DNA of 64,000 nucleotides from a candidate division WOR-3 bacterium. GTDB taxonomy: Bacteria > Hydrothermota > Tepidihabitantia > Tepidihabitantales > Tepidihabitantaceae. A model generated the notes under the pieces. That model saw nothing but the letters and a program-made list of their open reading frames with translations. It had not been told where the DNA came from and did no database searches. The stretch spans positions 2,495 to 66,494 of the forward strand of contig VGIR01000003.1 of the NCBI GenBank assembly GCA_016867815.1, read 5' to 3'. Below are positions 38,792 to 49,280 of the stretch, piece after piece; position 1 is the first letter of the stretch, and each line of letters opens with the position of its first letter. The translations under genes were made by a program, and so were the position numbers.

Positions 38792-39504
38792 CGAAGGACG
38801 AAGTCCGAATGACGAATGACCGAAAGCAGACGATGCGCGACACGCCGGTGCACGAGCGGCCGAGGGAGAGGCTCGTGAAGGTCGGAGCTGCGAACCTCTC
38901 CGAGGTAGAACTGCTTTCCATCATCATCAGCCGCGGCACCAGGGGAATGCCTGTCCGGGACATCGCCCAACAGCTCGTGAACCAGTTCCACTCCGTGGCC
39001 GACGTCGGACGAGCGAGTGTTGAGGAACTAGTCCGGGTTCCGGGCATCGGCAAGGCCAAGGCGTGCCAGATAGTCGCCGCATTCGAACTGGCCCGACGCA
39101 GTGACGATACTCCCTGCGTCAAGGAACGGGCCGACCTGTCCGACCCGAAGGACGTAGCGAGGCGGGCGCGATTGAGCATCAGGGAATGGCGGAAAGAGTG
39201 TTTCCTGACTTTCTATGTCGACTCGCGGAACCGGCACATAGGTGATGCCGAGGTCTCGGTCGGCAGTCTCGATACTACGCTTGCCCATCCTCGTGAGGTC
39301 TTCGAACGGGCGATCCGGGCCGGGGCAGCGGGAGTCATCGTTGTCCATAACCATCCGTCCGGCGATCCGACGCCCTCCGACGACGATATCCGGCTCACTC
39401 GCCGTCTAACTGAGGCGGGGAAGATACTGGGCATCCGGTTGCTCGATCACGTGGTGCTCTCCCGGGACAGCCACTACAGTTTCCGCAGCCACGCGCTGGT
39501 GTGA
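38788..39504 (+). CDS. radC: RadC (JAB domain) protein
   Basis: ERPRERL, GIGKAKA, HPREVF, HNHPSGDPTPS, LLDHVV. Confidence 0.93.
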   Translation: MTKDEVRMTNDRKQTMRDTPVHERPRERLVKVGAANLSEVELLSIIISRGTRGMPVRDIAQQLVNQFHSVADVGRASVEELVRVPGIGKAKACQIVAAFELARRSDDTPCVKERADLSDPKDVARRARLSIREWRKECFLTFYVDSRNRHIGDAEVSVGSLDTTLAHPREVFERAIRAGAAGVIVVHNHPSGDPTPSDDDIRLTRRLTEAGKILGIRLLDHVVLSRDSHYSFRSHALV

Positions 39505-39540
39505 GGATTGGGCAGGGGGGCTAGGGACTCGCGACCAGGG

Positions 39541-40344
39541 ATGGACGATATCCGACGACAGCCGTCCGCTTGCAGCACGGCGATCGACAAGGTAGGGGTC
39601 AAGAACCTCAGCTACCCGATTGTGCTGCTGGACAAGGCGCACCGCAAGCAACATACGGTTGCCCGCATCAGCATGTACGTCGATCTGCCGCGAGAGCACC
39701 GCGGTACTTACATGGGGCGCTTCGTCGAAGTACTCAGTCGGTACCATCGAGAGATTGACCTCCATCGGGTGGGCGCGATCCTGCGCGACATGCGTAAGGA
39801 ACTCGAGGCCGACTCGGCGCACCTGGAGATGGAGTTCCCCTACTTCGTCGAGAAGGCGGCGCCCGTCTCAAAGGCGCGCGGGTTGATGGACTACCGGTGC
39901 TGGGTCGTGGCCGAGCTGCGGGACCGGTTTCGCCTGCGGCTCGGGGTAGCGGTCCCGGTCGCGACGCTCTGTCCCTGTTCCAAGGAGATGGTAGAGACGG
40001 GTGCGCACAATCAGCGGGCGGAAATCCGCGTCGCGGTAGAGTTCCGGGAGTTCCTCTGGCTCGAGGACCTGATCGATCTGGTCGAGGACTGTGGTTCGAG
40101 CGAAGTCTACTCGCGGCTCGAGCGGGAAGACGAGAAACACCTGACGGCCCGGGCGCTTGAGAACCCGGCTTTCGTCGAGGACGTCGTCCGGAAGGTGGCG
40201 AAGCGGCTGGACGAGCATCCGCTCGTGACCGGCTACGAGGTCGCGGTAGAGAGCTTCGAATCCATCCATCATCACGATGCATATGCGTACATCTGCCGGC
40301 TCCCGGATGCAGTAGAAGGGGGCAGGACTGGAGGTGGACAATGA
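39541..40344 (+). CDS. folE2: GTP cyclohydrolase IB
   Basis: IDKVGVK, RGTYMGRF, TLCPCSK, GAHNQR, ENPAFVEDVVR, ESIHHHDAYA. Confidence 0.9.
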   Translation: MDDIRRQPSACSTAIDKVGVKNLSYPIVLLDKAHRKQHTVARISMYVDLPREHRGTYMGRFVEVLSRYHREIDLHRVGAILRDMRKELEADSAHLEMEFPYFVEKAAPVSKARGLMDYRCWVVAELRDRFRLRLGVAVPVATLCPCSKEMVETGAHNQRAEIRVAVEFREFLWLEDLIDLVEDCGSSEVYSRLEREDEKHLTARALENPAFVEDVVRKVAKRLDEHPLVTGYEVAVESFESIHHHDAYAYICRLPDAVEGGRTGGGQ

Positions 40345-40964
40345 GAACACTGGTTGTGAACTGCTATCGCGACAAGGCTGAGGAGAAGATCAAGGGCTAC
40401 GTCGCCCAGGCGGAACGCTTCTCCGAAGCTTTCGAGGTGCCGTGGGGAGTGCTGGAACCGGCGTACGACCTGGATATCTACTCGGCGGTGATCTTCTCCG
40501 GTTCCCAGTGGCTGCTCTCGGTCGAAGCCCCGCCGGCGCCGCTGGTCGAGTTCGTTCGTGACCTGAACGTACCCGCCCTCGGGATCTGCTTCGGTCACCA
40601 ACTGTTCGCCCGAGCTTTCGGTACGCCGGTCTTGCCGGGCGACCTGATAGAGAGAAACGAGACCATCATCATCACCGAGCCGGGCCCGCTGTTTCACCAT
40701 ATGGGACCGGAGATGGAGTTCCTGGAGAGTCATCGCGAGTATGTCGTGCCTGAGCCGATTGAGCGGGCAGGTTGGCATGTCACGGCCCGGTCAGCATCGT
40801 GCCCGGTCGAGGCGATGCATCATCCGACCCGGCCGCTGTACGGTGTGCAGTTCCACCCGGAGCGTTCCGGGGTCAATGGCGAGCAGTTGTTCGACAACTT
40901 CTACAACCAGATTGTCATCCCGTTCGTCAAGGGGAAGTACCAGCATCCGCACGGCCGAACCTAG
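40341..40964 (+). CDS. Stand-alone class I glutamine amidotransferase (GMP synthase A-like)
   Basis: LGICFGHQ and GVQFHPE catalytic triad motifs. Confidence 0.85.
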   Translation: MRTLVVNCYRDKAEEKIKGYVAQAERFSEAFEVPWGVLEPAYDLDIYSAVIFSGSQWLLSVEAPPAPLVEFVRDLNVPALGICFGHQLFARAFGTPVLPGDLIERNETIIITEPGPLFHHMGPEMEFLESHREYVVPEPIERAGWHVTARSASCPVEAMHHPTRPLYGVQFHPERSGVNGEQLFDNFYNQIVIPFVKGKYQHPHGRT

Positions 40965-40991
40965 CGCCGGCGTTCGCCGGTTCGATTCAGG

Positions 40992-42095
40992 CTACAGCCG
41001 GTAGAACTCGAAGCTCGGACCGCGGTCGCGTGAGTACCTGAAACGCAGTGCCCCGGTTCCTTTGCCGTCGAGGTCAGTGAGGATGCCGCCACTCGGGCTG
41101 TACCAGTTGTGGTCGCTGTCCGACCAGAGCACGCGATGCTCGTACGCGGAGTCCCGCGAGAAGATGAAGTACTCCCCCTGCCACACGTAGTCCTGCTGGA
41201 CCATGCCGCCCAGGACGGCAGTCACCCCGCTGACCCTAGCGAAGTCGCAGCCAACCGCTGAGTGCATGGGGTTGCTGTCTCTGACTTTCCGCTGAATCCT
41301 GCCGTCACGGACCACGAACTTCCCAATCTCGCGCAGGCCGCTGGGAGTCCAGTACATCTCATTGTAGGTACAGGCCCTGACATCGGACCTGCCTTCTTCC
41401 ACCAGCAACACTGAATGCCCTGAATTCGATGGGTCGAGCACGCCCACCATCTTGTCAATTGGCGTCGCCCACGAAGGGCCTCCCAGCCCGAGCGCTCCAT
41501 GGTCATTCCAGATCTGAGCGAGGTCCTTGCCAATCCAGCGGCAGACAGACAGCGTGACGGGATGATCGACCCCGTCGGGTTCGAACGCAGGAAGGCTCCG
41601 TACTCCAGCGAGCAGAACTTCGTTGATGGCATCGCGGTCCACATCACCGATGGAGACGTCAAAGCACCACCCGGGACGGCGACCCGAATCAGGCCTCAAT
41701 GTCGCTTCAGCGGTCAGGGCGAACGTGCCTCTGACTAGTTCGTACTTCCGCAACGATCGGCTGCCGGCAACCACGATTTCGTCCAGCCCGTCGCTATCCA
41801 CGTCTCCGGCAGTGACTATGCTGCCCGTGCTCAGCGGTGAACCGCCGTCCGGGGCTGCGATCGGCGCGGGCAGCGGTAGGCTGCATTGAGGCACAAAGCC
41901 TCCGTGCTGGAACGCGAAGGCCACGAGCATCCCGCCGCGCGAGGCCAGCAGGTGTTGACCGCCGGCAGAATCCAGCCGCGCGGCGAATCCAGTCTCGACC
42001 CCGGCGGGCAGCCTACCCGCGAAGGTCGGTGCGGGAAGTGACGCTTCAGTCGCGAACCCGAGCAGAACAAAGGCGAAGACCAGCAGAATCATCAC
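40992..42095 (-). CDS. Secreted hypothetical protein with FG-GAP-like motifs
   Basis: Signal peptide; AGDVDSDGLDEIVV and IGDVDRDAINEVLL. Confidence 0.65.
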   Translation of the reverse strand: MMILLVFAFVLLGFATEASLPAPTFAGRLPAGVETGFAARLDSAGGQHLLASRGGMLVAFAFQHGGFVPQCSLPLPAPIAAPDGGSPLSTGSIVTAGDVDSDGLDEIVVAGSRSLRKYELVRGTFALTAEATLRPDSGRRPGWCFDVSIGDVDRDAINEVLLAGVRSLPAFEPDGVDHPVTLSVCRWIGKDLAQIWNDHGALGLGGPSWATPIDKMVGVLDPSNSGHSVLLVEEGRSDVRACTYNEMYWTPSGLREIGKFVVRDGRIQRKVRDSNPMHSAVGCDFARVSGVTAVLGGMVQQDYVWQGEYFIFSRDSAYEHRVLWSDSDHNWYSPSGGILTDLDGKGTGALRFRYSRDRGPSFEFYRL

Positions 42096-42201
42096 GATCC
42101 AGTGTGCATCAGTACAGCCCGTTTGTCAAGTGTCCACGGTCGCGCACACGTCCGCGCCCCGAGCCCCGTGCGGGCAGCTGGCTACCTAGTCTAGCAGGGA
42201 A

Positions 42202-44442
42202 TTAGAACGTGCGTCCGACCTGGAAGTGCGGCTCCCAGCCCGGGTTCTCTTTGTCGAATCCGTAGCCGAAGTCGAATCCGATAAGCCCGAGCATGGGGAT
42301 TTCCAGTCTGACTCCGACTCCGGCGCCGCGCTTGAGATCAGAGAGGCTGAACTGGTCGATCGAGTTCCAGGCGTTGCCGGCATCGGCGAACGCGAGGAAG
42401 GAGAGCTGCCGAGACACCCGGAGTTTGTACTCGAGCGAGAAGATGGCTTCGGCCCGGCCGCCGATGGCGTAGCCTGACGACTTCGGGCCAATCGATTTCT
42501 CGCCGTAGCCGCGGACGCCGTCCACGCCGGTGCCCCCGGGCGTGAAGCGCTCGTAGATCGGGATTCTGTCCGCGGCTGTGAAACCGGTGATGTAACCGAG
42601 CCGGGTCCGACCCATCAGGCCGAACTTCCAGAACAGAGGGAAGTACTGGCTCATGTCGAAGACATGGCGGTGGAAGCTGATGTCGCCAACCGAAAAGTCG
42701 AACTGGTAGGTGGTGGACGAGCCGGTCAGTGCGTTGTAGATGTAGTCGCGCGAGTCCCGCGTGAAGGTCAGGCTCGGCCTGAATGCCGTCTTGTGCGTTG
42801 TGTCTCCGTAGATGCTGAACAGCGTGTCGGTCGGGTTGTACCCCGACTTGATTGACGTGGGCGGGACGTAGGCATCGATGACGCGCAGAGCAAGGTAGGC
42901 TCGCGTGTAGTCAAGCGGGAGCGGCCGCGAGAAGGAGAGACCGCCTCCGAGTTGCTGCTTGTCGTAGTAGTCATAGGTGTAGGTGTAGTACGAGATGTCG
43001 GCACCGGCCGACATCGGCCGGTCGAACAGCCAGGGCTCAGTGAAACCCAGCTGGACGTTGGTCTTCTTGCTGCCTCTCTCGAGCTTGACGTTTGCGTTCT
43101 GGCCCCGACCGAAGAGGTTGGGTTGCTGGAGCTCAACGTAGCCGGTGACACCATCGGTTGCCGAGTACGTGATACCGGCGCCGACGGTGCCAAAGAATGA
43201 TTTCTCTTTCACCTTGTACACGAGGTCGATTGTGCCGGCCGTGTCGGCGCGGCGGTAGTCGATGGTGACGTCATCGAAGAACCCGAGATTGAAGATGTCG
43301 CGCTGCGAGCGCATCACCTCGGAGCGGCGGAAGGTGTAGCCGGGCAAAGAGCTGACTTCGCGGCGGATGACATTGTCGTGGGTCTGCTCGTTGCCCTCGA
43401 TGCTGACCAGGCGGATGGTCGCCGGCGCGCCTTCGCTGATCTGGTAGGTGATGTCGACGGTGTCGGAGCGCACGTTCTCCACCGGCGAGACCTGCGTGTA
43501 GATGTAGCCTTCCTCGGAGTAGGCTCCGAACAGGTCCTGCAGAGTTGATTGGGCAAGCTTGGTGTTGTAGGGCTCGCCGGAACGGTAGCGGACGAGCTTG
43601 CGCAGGTCCGCTTCTTTCATCACGGAGTCGCCTTCGATGGCCACGTTGCCGAAGTAGTAGCGTGTGCCTTCGGAGACGCTGATCGTGATGCTGGCCCATC
43701 CCTGATCGAATTTCATGTCGTAGTCAAGGACCTTGGCGTCGATGAATCCGCGCTGCTTGTAGAAATCGACGATGCGGTCAAGGTCTTTGACGAACTCGTC
43801 TTCCTTCAGGTTCGCCTTGCGGTACCAGCGCTTCTGACGGTTGGTGAGCTTGATCTCCAACTGTTCATCCGTGAAGTAGTCGTTGCCCTCGATCTCGATG
43901 TTGCGGATTCGGACCGGGTCGCCCTCATCGATCTTGTAGGTCAGCGTCACCTGGTTGAGGGCATCGGGTTGGGCAGTTTCGTTTGCCACCCTGACGAGCA
44001 GGAAGCCCTTCTCTTTGTACAGCTTCAGGATTTCCTGCTCCCAATCGAACACCTTCTTGTCGGTGAGGATCTCTCCTTCCTTGGCCTTGACCTTGGCGTC
44101 GAGGTCCTTTCTGCGGACGCGGCGGAATCCTTCGTAGTCGACCGACTTTAGTTTCGGGAATTCGGTGGCGACAAAGGTGACGCGGACGCCGTCCGCGACC
44201 CTCGAAGTCTCGGCTTCGACCTGGGAGAAAAGCCCGAGGCCGTAGACCCTGCGGATCGCGTCCTCGAGGTTGGTTCGCAGGGCGTTCGCGGTCAGGGCCT
44301 GGCCGCGGCTGAGACCCGCCGTACGGACGATGAGCAGGGTGTCAGCGGTGGCGGCCCGCGCGGAAACGCCAATCAGGATAACCTTGCTGGTGTCAGGCTG
44401 CCCCGGCTGGGCCAGCAACAGGGCGGCGAGCAGCGCTATCAC
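42202..44442 (-). CDS. bamA: Outer membrane protein assembly factor BamA
   Basis: POTRA domains, NLFGRGQ, FTEPWLF, VRGY motif, C-terminal Phe. Confidence 0.93.
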   Translation of the reverse strand: MIALLAALLLAQPGQPDTSKVILIGVSARAATADTLLIVRTAGLSRGQALTANALRTNLEDAIRRVYGLGLFSQVEAETSRVADGVRVTFVATEFPKLKSVDYEGFRRVRRKDLDAKVKAKEGEILTDKKVFDWEQEILKLYKEKGFLLVRVANETAQPDALNQVTLTYKIDEGDPVRIRNIEIEGNDYFTDEQLEIKLTNRQKRWYRKANLKEDEFVKDLDRIVDFYKQRGFIDAKVLDYDMKFDQGWASITISVSEGTRYYFGNVAIEGDSVMKEADLRKLVRYRSGEPYNTKLAQSTLQDLFGAYSEEGYIYTQVSPVENVRSDTVDITYQISEGAPATIRLVSIEGNEQTHDNVIRREVSSLPGYTFRRSEVMRSQRDIFNLGFFDDVTIDYRRADTAGTIDLVYKVKEKSFFGTVGAGITYSATDGVTGYVELQQPNLFGRGQNANVKLERGSKKTNVQLGFTEPWLFDRPMSAGADISYYTYTYDYYDKQQLGGGLSFSRPLPLDYTRAYLALRVIDAYVPPTSIKSGYNPTDTLFSIYGDTTHKTAFRPSLTFTRDSRDYIYNALTGSSTTYQFDFSVGDISFHRHVFDMSQYFPLFWKFGLMGRTRLGYITGFTAADRIPIYERFTPGGTGVDGVRGYGEKSIGPKSSGYAIGGRAEAIFSLEYKLRVSRQLSFLAFADAGNAWNSIDQFSLSDLKRGAGVGVRLEIPMLGLIGFDFGYGFDKENPGWEPHFQVGRTF

Positions 44443-46877
44443 TGCTGCAGTGTCACCGACGGCTCGGCCATCTTCTCGGCGAAGACCAGTCGGTCGCCGT
44501 CACGGTCAACCAGGACGACGGAGCTCTCCTTGAAGCGACCGCGGAGCAACTCCTCAGCCAGCGGGTCCTCGAGCAGACGGCGCAGCGCCCGCTTGATCGG
44601 CCGGGCTCCGAACTGAGGGTCGAATCCTTCCTGGACCAGAAGCTCCTTGGCGGTAGTCGTCAGCTCAACGGCGAGCTTCTGTTCCTTGAGACGCGTGGAG
44701 AGGTCGCGAAGCTGGATTTCGACGATTTCCTCCATCTGTTTCCGGTCGAGCGGCCTGAAGACCAGCACTTCGTCGACGCGGTTCAGGAACTCGGGGCGGA
44801 AGAAACGTTTCACTTCGGTCATCACCTTGTCGCGGATGGACTCGTAGTTCGCGTCCCCGGTGGTCGCGCCGAAACCAAAGCCGCTCATGCCGCGGATTTC
44901 GGTCGAGGCGATGTTCGAGGTCATGATCACGACCGTGTTCTTGAAGCTCACCTTGCGGCCCAGCGAGTCGGTTATCTGGCCGTCGTCGAGCAATTGCAGC
45001 AGGATGTTGAACACGTCGGGGTGGGCTTTCTCGATCTCGTCGAAGAGTACGACCGCATACTGCTTGCGGCGCACCTTTTCGGTGAGCTGGCCGCCCTCCT
45101 CATAGCCGACGTAGCCCGGCGGCGCGCCGACCAGCCTCGAGACGTTGAATTTCTCCATGTACTCGGACATGTCGAAGCGGATGAGCGCGTCTTCGTCCCC
45201 AAACATGAAGCGGGCGAGCACGCGGGCCAATTCGGTCTTGCCGACTCCGGTGGGGCCGAGGAAGATGAACGAACCGATGGGCCGGCGCGGGTCCTTGACG
45301 CCGGCGCGCGAACGACGGATTGCCTTGGCGATCATCGTGATCGCCTTGTCCTGGCCGATGATGCGCTGGCGGATTTCCTCTTCCATGCGGAGCAGCCGGG
45401 CCGATTCCCGTTCCTCGAGTTTGGCCAGCGGAACGCCGGTCCAATTCGAAACCACGTAGGCGACATCCTCCTCGGTGACGACGGGGAACGAGCCGGCCTT
45501 CTCCCATTCCTTGCGTTTCCGCTTCAGGTATTCGGTCAGCTGCTTCTGCTCGTCGCGGATTTCGGCAGCTTTCTCGAACTCCTGTTTGCGGACCGCTTCT
45601 TCCTTGGCCCGGGCCGCTTTCTCGATCTTCTTCTCCAGTTCGTCCAGCTCGGGATTGATGACCGGTCGCATCAGCTTCACTCGTGAACCGGCCTCGTCGA
45701 TTACGTCAATCGCCTTGTCGGGCAGGAACCGGTCGGAGATGTAGCGGTCGGCCAGGTAGGCCGCAGTCTCCAGTGCCTTCTCGTCGTAGGAGACGTTGTG
45801 GTGGAGTTCGTACTTCTCCTTCAAACCCTTGAGGATGCTGACCGTCTCCTGCGCGCCCGGCGCTTCGACCAGTATCTTCTGGAACCGGCGCTCCAGCGCC
45901 GAGTGCTTCTCGATGTGCTTCCGGTATTCCTCGAGCGTGGTCGCCCCGATAGCCTGCAGTTCGCCGCGGGCAAGCGCCGGCTTGAGGATGCTCGAAGCGT
46001 CAATCGCGCCTTCGGCCGCCCCGGCGCCGACTATCGTATGCAACTCGTCGATGAAAATGATGACGTCGCCCTGGTGCTGAATCTCGTTCATCACCGACTT
46101 GAGTCGCTCTTCGAACTGCCCCCGGTATTTGGTGCCGGCGACGATGGCGGCGAGGTCGAGAGCAAGGACGCGCTTGCTCTTGAGCAGGTTCGGTACCTTG
46201 CCGGCGACAATGCGCTGGGCCAGGCCTTCGACGATCGCCGTCTTGCCGACGCCGGCCTCGCCGATCAGTACCGGGTTGTTCTTCTTGCGGCGGGCGAGGA
46301 TCTGGATGATGCGTTCGATTTCGCTTTCCCGGCCGATGATCGGATCGAGCTTGTCCTCACGCGCGAGTTGAGTCAGGTCGCGGGAGAAGTAGTCGAGCGA
46401 AGGCGTCTTGGTGCGCGACTTCTGCTGAGCAGAGCCCTTTTCCCCGCCCAGCAAGCGGGTGGTCTCGTTTCGCACCAGCTCGATGTCCATGCCCAGCGAC
46501 TGGAGAATCTGGCACGCGACCCCCCGCTCCTCACGCAGCAGTCCGAGGAGCAGGTGCTCGGTGCCGATGTAGGTGTGGTTCATCTTGCGGGCCTCGTCGA
46601 GGGCGTAGTTCAGGCAAGAGCGTGCTTCCTGGTTCAGCGGCACCTCGCCGAGCACGAGGGTCTCGGAACCGGCGTCAACCGCATTCTCCACTGCGCGGCG
46701 CAGGTCGTCGGTGTTGACCCCGAGGTTGGTGAGGACGACGGCGGCCACTCCCTCACCCTCCTTGACTAGTCCGAGCAGCAGGTGTTCGGTGCCGATGTAG
46801 TCGTGGTGAAGTCGGACTGCTTCCTGGCGGGCAAGCGAGATTACTTTCCTAACTCTCTCAGTAAAACGTTCTTGCAT
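44439..46877 (-). CDS. clpC: ATP-dependent Clp protease ATP-binding subunit ClpC
   Basis: Clp N repeats, [11 protein letters not shown] motif, [23 protein letters not shown]. Confidence 0.96.
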   Translation of the reverse strand: MQERFTERVRKVISLARQEAVRLHHDYIGTEHLLLGLVKEGEGVAAVVLTNLGVNTDDLRRAVENAVDAGSETLVLGEVPLNQEARSCLNYALDEARKMNHTYIGTEHLLLGLLREERGVACQILQSLGMDIELVRNETTRLLGGEKGSAQQKSRTKTPSLDYFSRDLTQLAREDKLDPIIGRESEIERIIQILARRKKNNPVLIGEAGVGKTAIVEGLAQRIVAGKVPNLLKSKRVLALDLAAIVAGTKYRGQFEERLKSVMNEIQHQGDVIIFIDELHTIVGAGAAEGAIDASSILKPALARGELQAIGATTLEEYRKHIEKHSALERRFQKILVEAPGAQETVSILKGLKEKYELHHNVSYDEKALETAAYLADRYISDRFLPDKAIDVIDEAGSRVKLMRPVINPELDELEKKIEKAARAKEEAVRKQEFEKAAEIRDEQKQLTEYLKRKRKEWEKAGSFPVVTEEDVAYVVSNWTGVPLAKLEERESARLLRMEEEIRQRIIGQDKAITMIAKAIRRSRAGVKDPRRPIGSFIFLGPTGVGKTELARVLARFMFGDEDALIRFDMSEYMEKFNVSRLVGAPPGYVGYEEGGQLTEKVRRKQYAVVLFDEIEKAHPDVFNILLQLLDDGQITDSLGRKVSFKNTVVIMTSNIASTEIRGMSGFGFGATTGDANYESIRDKVMTEVKRFFRPEFLNRVDEVLVFRPLDRKQMEEIVEIQLRDLSTRLKEQKLAVELTTTAKELLVQEGFDPQFGARPIKRALRRLLEDPLAEELLRGRFKESSVVLVDRDGDRLVFAEKMAEPSVTLQQ

Positions 46878-46934
46878 GTTCCTTCAGAGTGTAGCTATTC
46901 CCCTCCGGAAGTCAACGCGACCGAGAGCTTCCGG

Positions 46935-49112
46935 CTATTCGCACCCGAGCAGTCGGGCGAGATCGGCGCCGGTGTGAACTGGCGCAAAGCAGGTCTGGTT
47001 GCGGCAGACGAATGCGGTCGGCTTGTTGTCAGTGGCGGCACGGCCATGGGTCAAAGGAATCAGACGTCCGGTAAGAACATCTGGTTGCCTGGCCTTGATG
47101 ACCACGGCGGTGCGATAGTCGTCCGGGGTCGAAGCGAGGAGCGCGGCCATCGCGTCCGCGTCGGACGAGGATTCTGGCAGAAAGAGTACGACTTCGGTCC
47201 CGGGATGGAGGAGCAGGTCTAGCCCGGCGAGCATCAGGCTGAACGCGGGCGGGTAGGTGACCATCGTCCTGTAGAACCGGCGGAGAGTGGCCGCGGCCGC
47301 GCGCTCGTAGTCGTTCCGGCCGCAGAGACGTGCCAGCCGGAGCAGGTTCATCACTGCGACCGAGTTTCCAGACGGCGTCGCCCCGTCGTAGCCGTTCTTG
47401 ATTCGGCTCAGAAGGCCGGCATCGGCGCGGGTGGTGAAGAACCCGCCTTGCTGGTCGAAGAAAAGCTCGAGCATACGGTCGCTCAGACCGAGCGCCGCCT
47501 CGACGTAGCGCGCGTCATAGCAGGCGTCGTAGATGTCGAGCAGTCCCTGGACCACGAACGCGAAGTCAGGGAGTTGGCCCGGCACACTCGTTGCCCCGGT
47601 CTTCAGGAGATGTGCCACTTCGTTCCCGCTGACCATCCTGTTCAGGATGAAATCGGCCAGGGCGCGAGCCAGGTCGAGGTAGCGGCTGTTCGCGAAGGCG
47701 TTTGAGCAACGGGCAAGAGCGGAGAGGGTCAGGCCGTTCCAGTCAGCAAGCACCTTGTCGTCGCGGCGCAGCGCCGGGCGCCGACCCCGCGCCGCGAGCA
47801 GTCGGGCGCGGATCTCCCCGAGTTTCGGCCAGAGCTCATCGAGGGCAACGTGGTGGACGTTGACGACCTGCTCGATGGGAACAGCGGTATGCAGCACGTT
47901 GGTGCCGTCGAAGTTGCCCGGCGCGGACACGCCGTAGAAATCACAGGCGAGCTTCGTCAGGTCCGGACCGACCGCCTGCGCGACCTGCGCCTCAGTCCAT
48001 GTGTAGTACGCGCCCTCCCGACCGCCGGTGTCGGCATCCAGCGAAGCAGCAAAGCCGCCTTCAGGCAGGAGCATCTCTCGTTCCATCCACCCCAGCGTTT
48101 CAACGGCGATCGAGCGGTACGATTCCTCGCCCGTGGCCTGGAAGGCGCGCGCGTAGGTTTGGGCGAGCAAGGCGTTATCGTAGAGCATCTTCTCGAAGTG
48201 GGGCACCAGCCAGATGGTATCGGTCGAGTAGCGATGAAACCCGCCGCCGAGCTGGTCGTATATTCCGCCCTCGGCCATCTTGTGCAGCGTGAGTTCCACC
48301 ATGGCGCGGGCCTGTTCGAACTCCGGCCGGCCCCCCGAATCCCGGAGTTGAGAGCCACGAAAGCCCGAATCCGGATGAAACGAAGCCGATTTCTGCGAAT
48401 CCGCTTCGTTTCGCGTGCTTCGTGTCTTCGTGGCGTGCATCTCGGCTCCCGGTTTGCCCGACAAGCGCAGCAGGAGTGCGAGGTCGGTGGGGTTCGGGAA
48501 CTTGGGTGCGACTCCGAATCCGCCATGCTCAGAATCGAATACCTCCAGCCGCTGCTTGTAGAACCCGCGCAGCGGCGTCTCGTCCATTTCGCCTTCGTGA
48601 TCAGGCAGAGATGAGAGCCGGTTCAGCTCCACGGCGATACGGTTGGCGGCCTCGTCAATCTCGTGGCGCTGCGTGCGGAAGAAATGCAGCGCCGAAAGCA
48701 GCACGCGGTTGAATGCTGCCATGCCCGGACGAGGTCCCGGCGGGAAGTAGGTACCGCCATAGAACGGCTTCAGTTCGGGCGTCAGGAAGACCGAGAGCGG
48801 CCAGCCGGCAGAACCGGTCAGGATGCGCACCGCCTCGATATACACCTCGTCGATGTCGGGCCGCTCTTCCCGGTCCACCTTGATGCTGACGTAGTTGGCG
48901 TTCAGGATCTCGGCGATCTTCGGGTCGGAGAACGATTCGCGGGCCATCACGTGGCACCAGTGACAGGCCGAATAGCCGATGGAGAGGAAAATCGGTTTGT
49001 TCTCTGCCTTGGCCTTACCTAGTGCCTCCTCGCCCCACGGATACCAGTCGACCGGGTTCTCCGCGTGGTCGCGCAAGTACGGGCTGGCTTCGTTCGCGAG
49101 GCGGTTGGACAT
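46935..49112 (-). CDS. Thioredoxin-domain/six-hairpin protein (YyaL/Spata20 family) with ~40-aa palindrome-derived insertion
   Basis: [55 protein letters not shown]. Confidence 0.93.
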   Translation of the reverse strand: MSNRLANEASPYLRDHAENPVDWYPWGEEALGKAKAENKPIFLSIGYSACHWCHVMARESFSDPKIAEILNANYVSIKVDREERPDIDEVYIEAVRILTGSAGWPLSVFLTPELKPFYGGTYFPPGPRPGMAAFNRVLLSALHFFRTQRHEIDEAANRIAVELNRLSSLPDHEGEMDETPLRGFYKQRLEVFDSEHGGFGVAPKFPNPTDLALLLRLSGKPGAEMHATKTRSTRNEADSQKSASFHPDSGFRGSQLRDSGGRPEFEQARAMVELTLHKMAEGGIYDQLGGGFHRYSTDTIWLVPHFEKMLYDNALLAQTYARAFQATGEESYRSIAVETLGWMEREMLLPEGGFAASLDADTGGREGAYYTWTEAQVAQAVGPDLTKLACDFYGVSAPGNFDGTNVLHTAVPIEQVVNVHHVALDELWPKLGEIRARLLAARGRRPALRRDDKVLADWNGLTLSALARCSNAFANSRYLDLARALADFILNRMVSGNEVAHLLKTGATSVPGQLPDFAFVVQGLLDIYDACYDARYVEAALGLSDRMLELFFDQQGGFFTTRADAGLLSRIKNGYDGATPSGNSVAVMNLLRLARLCGRNDYERAAAATLRRFYRTMVTYPPAFSLMLAGLDLLLHPGTEVVLFLPESSSDADAMAALLASTPDDYRTAVVIKARQPDVLTGRLIPLTHGRAATDNKPTAFVCRNQTCFAPVHTGADLARLLGCE

Positions 49113-49280
49113 CGAGGAAAGAGACTATTGCGGGCAGAGCCGGAAGTCAACCGGTAGGGTCACGCCTCGTCAACTCGGGTTGCCACCAGGCGCCGATTCG
49201 GATGCCGGGGACTACATGGAGGTTGCTCGATTGGTCAAGGCTGGGTTTGACAGGGATGGGCGTGGGCGTATCATTGCTGT

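Noticed and set aside
38788..39504. radC as a mobile-element marker
   Set aside because: Full-length chromosomal form with the N-terminal HhH region, uninterrupted, in a housekeeping operon.
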